A DNA stretch of 64,000 nucleotides. It comes from Mobula hypostoma. Lineage: Eukaryota. Position 1 is the first letter of the stretch. Every line of letters begins with the position of its first letter. The stretch spans positions 105,712,001 through 105,776,000 of the forward strand of contig NC_086107.1 in the NCBI RefSeq assembly GCF_963921235.1. Reading direction: 5' to 3'. Below the pieces are notes generated by a model. The model had not been told where the DNA came from. It saw only the letters and a list, made by a program, of their open reading frames with translations, and searched no databases. Below, in pieces: positions 10,286 to 18,626 of the stretch. The translations under genes and the position numbers were made by a program.

Positions 10286-10979
10286 TCAATGGGCTGGTTT
10301 GGAGAATCCCAAGGTCGCGCACTGGCAGCACGTAGAATCCTTGCGTAAGTGGCAGAAAGAGCCCTCCGCACCCCCCACCACCCCAAACACGCGCACACAC
10401 ACACTCACAAAATTCCAACCCTCTGCTTTAGCCCTCTCCTGCTCTATCGGTGGAAGAGTCCGGATTCACACACTGGTCTTACCAGCCACTTCAGAACCCT
10501 TTTCAGCAACACTCTCAATCCTAGGGACAGAAGAGGTCCCGCAGATGCTGGAAATCCAGAATAACAAGCACAAGATTCTGCAGTCAGGCAGCATCTATAG
10601 AGGGGAATAAGTAGTTGGCGTTTCAGGCTGAGACCATTGTGCCTTGGCTGGAAACACCAAATGTTTGTTCCTCTCCGTAGATGCTGCCTGACCTGCCGAG
10701 TTCCTCCAGAATTTTGGGTTTGCTCCTCTCAATCCTGGGGTCTGCCTAAGGAGGAGAATGTAGGAAAAGGTGGCAGCTAATTTGTGTACAATACTCCGAG
10801 AGGGAAGGGGGAAGCATGTGTGATTTCTTAACCCTTACCGTCAGATATCTTCCCAGCCCAGAAGAAAGACCAATATCCCAATGCTCAGATGACTACCAAA
10901 GGCCAGTCCAGAATTAAACCACAGAACTATCTGGTGCCCCATGTGACTTTATAAAGACAGAATGGCTCTCTGAACAAAC

Positions 10980-11049
10980 CTTTCCCATGGATACCATCGA
11001 CTTGCAGGTCTCATAAAGGAATACGCATCTCCCCTCCCAAGGAACAGCA
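10980..11049 (-). CDS. mgp: Matrix Gla protein, exon 3 (gamma-carboxylase recognition region VLFLGRGDAYSFMRPASRWYPWER)
   Basis: Minus strand: cctttctcttgtag|TG CTG TTC CTT GGG AGG GGA GAT GCG TAT TCC TTT ATG AGA ... TGG GAA AG|gtttgt. 70 nt, phase 1-2. Resembles shark MGP VLFLGRQDANSFMR (recalled). Confidence 0.95.
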
Positions 11050-11419
11050 CTACAAGAGAAAGGAATTACATCAATGAAAGTTGTCCGGTCTTCACAAGAA
11101 AATCGTTCCTTCAAAATACACTCAGTGATATCTTAATGCACACCACATCTCTCAGTGCAGCACCTTTAGCTTACAATTATAGCCTCAGTATGGTTCTCAG
11201 GGTACCACCCCCACTCCCGTGTCACAGGTTCTGCTGCTGGTTTTAGTCTCCCTGACTCAATGTGTTTCATTATCTCTGTCCCAGTAAACCTGCCCCAGCA
11301 TGTCACAGTGCCTCTGGATCAGTGGGTCCTAGTGTCCGTCTTCCACTTGGATGTCCCTGCCACAGTTCACCCCGGGGATTCCAGAATTCCTGCCTTGCAC
11401 TGCTTCCGAGTTCCTATAG

Positions 11420-12185
11420 CAGTGTGTCTGTGACACAGTTTCTATTTGTCTCAGAGTCTCTGACCCCCTGTGTCTCAACGTCTGACCCACTGTGTCTCAG
11501 TGTTCCTGACCCTCTGTGTCACAGAGTCCCTGACCCTCTGTGTCTCAAAGTCTGACCCATTGTGTCTCAGTGTCCCTGATCCTCTGTGTCTCGATGTCTG
11601 ACCCATTGTGTCTCAGTATCTCCGACCCTCTGTGTCAGAGTTCCTGACCCTCTGTGTCTCGATGTCTGACCCATTATGTCTCAGTGTCCCTGATACATTA
11701 TGTCACAGTGTCCCTGACCCTCTGTGTCTCAATGTCTGACCTATTATGTCTCAGTGTCCCTGACCCTCTTGTTCACAGTGTCCCTGACCCTCTGTGTCTC
11801 AAAGTCTGACCCATTGTGTCTCAGTATTTCCGACCCTCTCTGTCAGTGTCCCTGACCCTCTGTGTCTCGATGTCTGATCCATTATGTCTCAGTGTCCCTG
11901 ACCCATTATGTCACAGCGTCCCTGACCCTCTGTGTCTCGATGTTTCTGACTCACTGTGTCATGGTGTTCTTGACCCATTGTGTCTCAGTGTCCGTGACCC
12001 TCCATGTCCCAGTGTCCGTGACCCTCTGTGTCCCAGTGTTCCTGACTCACTGTGTCATAGTGTTCTTGACCCATTGTGTCTCAGTGTCCACGACCCTCCG
12101 TGTCTCAGTGTCCGTGACCCTCTGTGTCCCTGTGTCCATGACCCTCTGCATCTCAGTATCCGTGACCCTCTGTGGTGTGACAGTT
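11420..12185. repeat. Degenerate 22/24-bp minisatellite in mgp intron 2
   Basis: Interspersed units TGTGTCTCAGTGTCCCTGACCCTC (24 bp) and TGTGTCTCGATGTCTGACCCAT (22 bp). Confidence 0.92.
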
Positions 12186-12342
12186 GTCCCACAGTGTACT
12201 GACAGTAATCCCACCTTCCTCTCTTTGTGTGTCTCTGTGTCGTTGCCTCACTGTGAATTCCAATATCCTGGCTCCAATGTGAGACCTCCTGCCCTACCCA
12301 TCACATGATTATGTGAAAGCCCGTTAATAAATTCTAACATAC

Positions 12343-12372
12343 CATCATCAATCTCATTGGACTCTGAGGAAT
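12343..12372 (-). CDS. mgp: Matrix Gla protein, exon 2 (phosphoserine domain DSSESNEIDD)
   Basis: Minus strand: ttttttctctttgcag|AT TCC TCA GAG TCC AAT GAG ATT GAT GAT G|gtatgt. 30 nt, phase 1-1, two S-x-E motifs. Matches the shark MGP N-terminus DSSESNEIED as I recall it. Confidence 0.95.
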
Positions 12373-12821
12373 CTGCAAAGAGAAAAAACTCTCATTAGTA
12401 ACATTAACAAATACAACCAACAACTATGAAAATTAATTTTCTTTAAATAGCAAAACCAATTAAAAACACAATATTCAGTGAGTGAGAGCAATCCCTCTGG
12501 AATATAGCCTTATGGTCTCAGAGGGTTAAGATGTTAATTGGTCTGTGGTGTTTCTTGTATTTGTGCAGGAAATGGTTTCAGGGGATTTGCACTCCCCAAC
12601 TTGGCAAAGCCTGAAAATGAAAAGACAGTTCCTTAGAAGGGAGTGTAAATGAAAAGAAAACTTCAGATGAAGTGAAAACAGCGAATGCTGGAAACACTCA
12701 GCGGGTCAGGCAGCATCTGTGGGGGAGAAACAGTTCATGTTTCAGGCCCAGGATCTTTACAGATTGTTCTGAGGAAGGGAAGGGCCTCAGACTTGAAACA
12801 ATAATTGTTTCTCTTCAACGG

Positions 12822-13037
12822 TTCAAAGATCCAATTTAACGTCAGAGAAATTTATACAATATACATCCTGAAATGCTTTTTCTTCGCAAACATCCACAAA
12901 AACAGAGAAGTGCCCCAAAGAATGAACGACAGATAAACACAAGAACCCCACATTACCCCAGCTCCCCTCCCTCCTGCGCGTAAGCGGCAGCGAGCAGCAA
13001 TACCCCCTCCCCCCCACCAGCAAAAAAATGCAAGCAC
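12822..13037 (-). mobile_element. Probable LINE 3' tail inserted into a Penelope-derived element
   Basis: Minus strand ends ...tatacatttctctgac.ttaaa..ggatctttgaac-like; it abruptly truncates the fold-back element at 12680-12815. Confidence 0.45.
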
Positions 13038-13969
13038 TTGAGGAGATGTTGCCCGAGAAGGAGCCTCCTGATTACTGATGGAATGAGTGATGCGAATCCC
13101 TCTCTACTGTGAGTCATGGTGGACTTGGGGAAAATGGGCAAATCCCTCTCTACAGTGAGCCAAGGTAGACCCTGAAACCCTACTGAAAAGACTCAACATA
13201 AGCTCAAGGAACAGCTCCTCATCTTCTTTCGGCTGATGTTCCAACATTTCGAATTCAACCATTATAATTAACTGACTTCCTCCGTCTGAACCAGATCTTT
13301 GAACTCATTTCAAATCTTTTACATAATACTTTACTTCTTCCTCCTCTCTCTCCAACCTCCCTTGATAACCTGTCACCACGGCAACCCTAACCTCACCCTA
13401 TCAGAGATATCCATCCTCCAAACCTCTGCAAAACTTAACTCTCTACCCTTTGACTGGAAACATTAGCACTGTGTTTTTTCTACAGCTGCTGCCTGACCCG
13501 ATGAGTATTTTCAACTTTTATTTCAGATTTCCAGCATCTGCAGTTGCTTTCGATGTTGAAATGTCTGATACTGCAAAGGCACCTTCACAGCCTCAGGGTG
13601 CCCTGAGGCATGCGACAGTTAGTGAGGTGCTGTTCTGGAAGTTCAACGACTAGTTTGTCCCTGCAACTCCAGGCTGAGATGGTACAAAAAGGATCAGACT
13701 CCCAGGGATTGAGCACCACGTTATCTCAAGGGAGTGGCGTTATATTTGTCTGTGATGCACTCCACAGGGATATCTCTTGGCATCTGCAGCTGGGTGTCCC
13801 TCTGTCTGCCAAAGGAAAATTACATGGGTATCACCTTCCACAACACAAAATGCGCAGAGAAAACCATTCCTTGAAAACATCCATCGGTGGAACAAATTAG
13901 GATTCACAGACCTACTCTACCGATAACTAAGGGGTTAATGGAGTTCTCGAGCCCTCCACTGCTTTAAGA

Positions 13970-14345
13970 AGTCTACACTTTCAGGAGCAGTTATTCCCCC
14001 TCAACCGTCAATCTCTTAAACCTGAGGGGATATCTTAACTCAACTTAACCCACCTCATCGCTGAAGTGTTCCCACAACCTATTGACTTGCTTTCAAGGAC
14101 AGTTTGCCTCATCTTCTTGATATTTATTGCTTATTTATTTAGTTATTATTATTATTTCCTTTAGTATTTGCACAGCTTCTGGTCTTTTGCACATTGGTTA
14201 GTTGTCCATCCTGTTGGGTGTGGCTGTTCATTGATACTATTGTGTTCCTTGCACTTACTGTGAACGCACAAAAGAAAATGAATCTCAGGGTTACATATAG
14301 TGACTTAAAAGTACTTTGATAATAAATCTACTTTGAACTTTGAAA
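13970..14345 (+). mobile_element. LINE 3' UTR remnant (Rex1-like) in mgp intron 1
   Basis: ttcaggagcagttattcccc start, and ends gataataaatctactttgaactttgaa; homologous to 5730-6042. Confidence 0.6.
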
Positions 14346-14883
14346 ACTTGTCCTTCTGATTAATGGTCACCTCTCTGCTGTTTGTGGCTGTTGGCGAGGA
14401 TGCCCGGGGTGAAGTTGTAGCTGCCTCAGCTCCACAGCCCCCTGGGTGAGTGTGTCCGAGCTCAGCACGCTGAACTGCAGATATCAAAGCCAAACCACCA
14501 GATCCAAGGCATGGACGTTACCCATAGCTTGTACAATCTGTCGGCTGCTGGACGTGGAAATAACTATCTAGGAAACAGCCAGCACAAAATTAAAAAACTG
14601 ACGCAGATACTTCTCGAGTAGCGATAGTCTGCACCCAGTCCTGTGGTTCTTCCGACAGAGAGCAACCAGTAACTGACCCCTGACATTAGATGACACCCAT
14701 GGAGGGACGCAGTTCAGCCCCAGTTACCTTCCCCAACCGTGAGAAAGGCTAGACAGCCTGCTGTAGGACTGCAAACTGTGGCATTCAAATTGACACTATG
14801 TCTAATTGAAATGTTCGACACTGGCTCTTCCAAGTCCACCTGAGTCTGAGAAAATATTGACGTCACCTTGAAATAAGGTGTGG

Positions 14884-16284
14884 CACTCCCTCAGTACTGT
14901 CCCTCCGATAGTGAGACACTCCCTCAGTACTGTCCCTCCGACAGTGAGACACTCCCTCAGTACTGTCCCTCCGATAGTGAGACACTCCCTCAGTACTGTC
15001 CCTCCGACAGTGAGACACTCCCTCAGTACCGTCCCTCTGACCGTGTGACACTCCCTCAGTACCGTCCCTCCGACAGTGAGACACTCCCTCAGTACCGTCC
15101 CTCTGACAGTGTGACACTCCCTCAGTACCGTCCCTCTGACAGTGAGACGCTCCCTCAGTACCGTCCCTCTGACAGTGAGACACTCCCTCGGTACTGTCCC
15201 TCTGACAGTGAGGCACTCCCCCAGTACCGTCCCTCTGACAGTGAGGCACTCCCCCGGTACCGTCCCTCTGACAGTGAGATGCTCCCTCAGTACCGTCCCT
15301 CTGACAGTGAGATGCTCCCTCAGTACCGTCCCTCTGACAGTGAGACACTCCCTTGGTACTGTCCCTCTGACAGTGAGACACTCCCTCAGTACCGTCCCTC
15401 TGACAGTGAGACACTCCCTCAGTACTGTCCCTCCGACAGTGAGACACTCCCTCAGTACCGTCCCTCTGACCGTGTGACACTCCCTCAGTACCGTCCCTCC
15501 GACAGTGAGACACTCCCTCAGTACCGTCCCTCTGACAGTGTGACACTCCCTCAGTACCGTCCCTCTGACAGTGAGACGCTCCCTCAGTACCGTCCCTCTG
15601 ACAGTGAGACACTCCCTCGGTACTGTCCCTCTGACAGTGAGGCACTCCCCCAGTACCGTCCCTCTGACAGTGAGGCACTCCCCCGGTACCGTCCCTCTGA
15701 CAGTGAGATGCTCCCTCAGTACCGTCCCTCTGACAGTGAGATGCTCCCTCAGTACCGTCCCTCTGACAGTGAGACACTCCCTCAGTACAGTCCCTTTGAC
15801 AGTGAGACACTCCTTCGGTACCGTCCCTCCGACAGTGTGACACTCCCTCAGTACTGTCCCTCTGACAGTGAGGCACTCCCTTGGTACTGTCCCTCCGACA
15901 GTGAGACACTCCCTCAGTACCGTCCCTCTGACAGTGAGACGCTCCCTCAGTACCGTCCCTCTGACAGTGAGACACTCCCTCAGTACCGTCCCTCTGACAG
16001 TGAGACACTCCCTCAGTACCGTCCCTCTGACAGTGAGACACTCCCTCGGTACCGTCCCTCTGACAGTGAGATGCTCCCTCAGTACTGTCCCTCTGACAGT
16101 GAGACACTCCCTCAGTACCGTCCCTCTGACAGTGAGACGCTCCCTCAGTACCGTCCCTCTGACAGTGAGACGCTCCCTCAGTACCGTCCCTCTGACAGTG
16201 AGACACTCCCTCAGTACCGTCCCTCTGACAGTGAGACGCTCCCTCAGTACCGTCCCTCTGACAGTGAGATGCTCCCTCAGTACT
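14884..16284. repeat. 33-bp tandem array (~42 monomers) in mgp intron 1
   Basis: Same monomer and orientation as the large array, but mostly the CAGTACCGT variant. Internal 429-bp (13-monomer) duplication. Confidence 0.98.
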
Positions 16285-16458
16285 TCTCATCTAAAATAAA
16301 CACAGTACTGAAAAGCCTCAGTGTTTCTTAAAAATATACATAAAAATCCTGATTATGTTCCAATCCTTTGTATTAAAAGTTGCACCCAGCCAAACAAAAT
16401 CTCCTTATTCTCTCCGTCTGGGATTAGGAAAGCAGCAGGGGTTAAGGCCGGGTCCTAC

Positions 16459-16513
16459 CTGCGTTGCAGACCGCAGCAAGGACAGAGAGTCCGAGGAGAA
16501 TCAGGATCCTCAT
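16459..16513 (-). CDS. mgp: Matrix Gla protein, coding exon 1 (signal peptide MRILILLGLSVLAAVCNA + first base of Asp)
   Basis: Minus strand: ccaag ATG AGG ATC CTG ATT CTC CTC GGA CTC TCT GTC CTT GCT GCG GTC TGC AAC GCA G|gtagga. 55 nt, hydrophobic signal peptide, phase-1 GT donor, joins in frame to exon 2. Confidence 0.93.
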
Positions 16514-16599
16514 CTTGGTTCAGCTCTTGGTCACTCGGCGTCTCTGTACACCAACCAGCTGGCCTTGTGTGTGTCTGAGCAGAGCTTGGCTCCAGAGAC

Positions 16600-16628
16600 C
16601 CTTATAAGAGGAGGCTTATTTACTCAGC
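16600..16628 (-). promoter_or_regulatory. Putative mgp core promoter (TATA-like TTATAA plus adjacent AP-1/forkhead-like TGAGTAAATAA)
   Basis: Minus strand ctTATAAggg at 16607-16602, ~90 nt upstream of the ATG. ctgagtaaataag lies just upstream. Support is position and motif only. Confidence 0.55.
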
Positions 16629-17259
16629 CGAGCGAGGTCTGACTAATGCTCTGGTTTAGGGGTGTGGGCACATTTTTGGCAAATGGTCCCGAAGGACAGA
16701 GGAACTATTATGAAAGCATCGTCTATAGCCAAGCTGGCTCTGTTCAAGGCTTTCTTTTTTTTTCGGGGAAGTATTTTTCCAGGTAACAAGAAGGGCTGAA
16801 TTCATTGACTATTGAAGGTGTGGGTTTATTGAAGGGTGGGGAGTGAGGGGGAGGGTATGGTGGGCAGGAGTTAGTGTTTGGGACTGGGATATGCAGGAGG
16901 GAGATTTTAACTCTTTGAAACGGTTGTGGCATGTACATAGGATCACACTCACAACCCAAGGTGTCAGCTGAGTTCACGGAGTGAGAGGGGGATGAGATGG
17001 AGGGTGCTGTGTGTGGGATGGGGTGGGGGAAGTCTGGGGAACTGAAGCCCAACAGCATCACACAAAAAAATACTGGGCAAGTATCCAGGAACAGATCTCC
17101 GGGCAAAAATTCTACATAGAGAATTGATATTGAATAGATCTAGAATTCTTGTTTCTGCAATGCCTCAGGGTGAAGGAAGATGCTGGAAGTGTCATCACGG
17201 TTGTAGGAAAGGAGGCAGAATGGTGTGCATAGAAAGATATCGCAAGCAACAATGATATA

Positions 17260-17800
17260 CACTTAGTAACCACTTTAATAGGTATATCTGTACACTTGCT
17301 CATTAATGCAAATACTTAATCAACCAATCACATGGCAGCAACTCACTGTGTGAAAGCATGCAGACATGGTCAAGAGGTTCAGTCGTTGCCCAGACCTAAC
17401 ATCGGAATGAGGAAGAAATGTATTCTAAATGGTTTTGACTATGGAATGATTGTTGGTGCCAGATGGGGTGGTCTGAGTATCTCAGAAACTGCGGATCTCC
17501 TGGGATTTTCATTCACAACAGCATTCAGAGTTTGCAGAGAATGGTGCGAGAAACAAAAAAGAATCTGCCTTGTTAGTGAGAGAGGTCAGAGGAGAATGGC
17601 CAGACTGGTTCAAGGTGACAGTAACTCAAATAACCAGACATTACAACAGTGGTGTGCAGAAGAGCATCTCTGAATGCACAACCAGTCATACCTTTAAGTG
17701 GATAGGCTACAGCAGCAGAAGACCTCAATCACCGGTACCCCCAGTAGCCACTTTATTGGGTACAGGAATTACCAAATTCGGTGGGCAGCGGTCACTGACC
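17260..17800 (+). mobile_element. Tc1-like DNA transposon, internally deleted remnant, ~650 bp upstream of the mgp TATA-like box
   Basis: TA|CACTTAGTAACCACTTTAATAGGTA terminal motif, repeated degenerately near 17741 (ccagtagccactttattgggtac). Transposase N-terminal HTH GMIVGARWGGLSISETADLLGFSFTTAFRVCREW, then ERGQRRMARLV. Confidence 0.82.
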
Positions 17801-18626
17801 AGTTAACCTGCTTTTGCATTCAGCCACGCTGTTCGATCGTTCTGTGACGCCGCCGGAAACTGGGCTGAAGATAAAAAAATGAAATCGAAAAATGGGGGAT
17901 GCTGGAAACCGAAAATTAGACAGACAAAATGCTGGAAACACTCAGCTGCTGGGACAGCCTCTCTCTCCATAGGAGCTACCTGACCTGACGGGCATTCACA
18001 GCATTGGAGTGGGGTTGGGGCTGGTTTCCTGCCTCGAATCATTGGAAACCGAGGAGTCTTTTACATCCTCAAGTGGGCCCGAAATAAACAGCGTAATAAA
18101 CAGTCACGATACTGTAGGATTCCTGTGAACCCGTCACTCCCGTCCTTAATAGTGCAGCACCCCACAGTACGGCCCCTGAGATAGTCCCCGAACCTCTTAG
18201 GTTGGATAGCATGGCATTTTGCCTTTTCCTGAAGAGGTTTATTCAGGGTTACAGCATTGTCTCATTAGAATGCTACAGTGTTCCAAGATTCACACTACTT
18301 ACTCAATAGTTTCAAATTGCAAAGCGTCATCGCAATCCAGAACACGCTCGAGCCCCTACAGTGCTTACCAGTCTTGGTAATCCTCCATTGTATTTATCGA
18401 CACTGCGTGTTCCTTCTCCAGGGTCACACAGGCGCGAACATAACCATGACAGAGGGGCAGGAAATTGACCTGGGCAGAATCTCTGACTGCCGGTTGCCTG
18501 GTCCTATGAATAGCCACCTTGGCCAGGTCCAGCAGCAAACTGACCCTGGTGAACCCACTCCTGACCCTGCCAACTGCCAACTGGGTGACAGAACATCAGG
18601 AAGGTGTAGCTGAAGTTCCGCTAAAT

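Noticed and set aside
11816..12308. Cys/Pro-rich ORFs (DPLCLSVP repeats) resembling keratin-associated or metallothionein-like proteins
   Set aside because: They are translations of the intron-2 minisatellite with non-ATG starts.
13094..13172. Two-copy direct repeat with 47-bp spacing (AATCCCTCTCTAC.GTGAG)
   Set aside because: A small local duplication inside a decayed Penelope-like remnant, with no evidence of function.
18421..18613. Possible plus-strand exon after a good acceptor (ttccttctccag) just before the array
   Set aside because: The translation resembles nothing I recognise and I found no upstream exon. It cannot be supported without RNA data.
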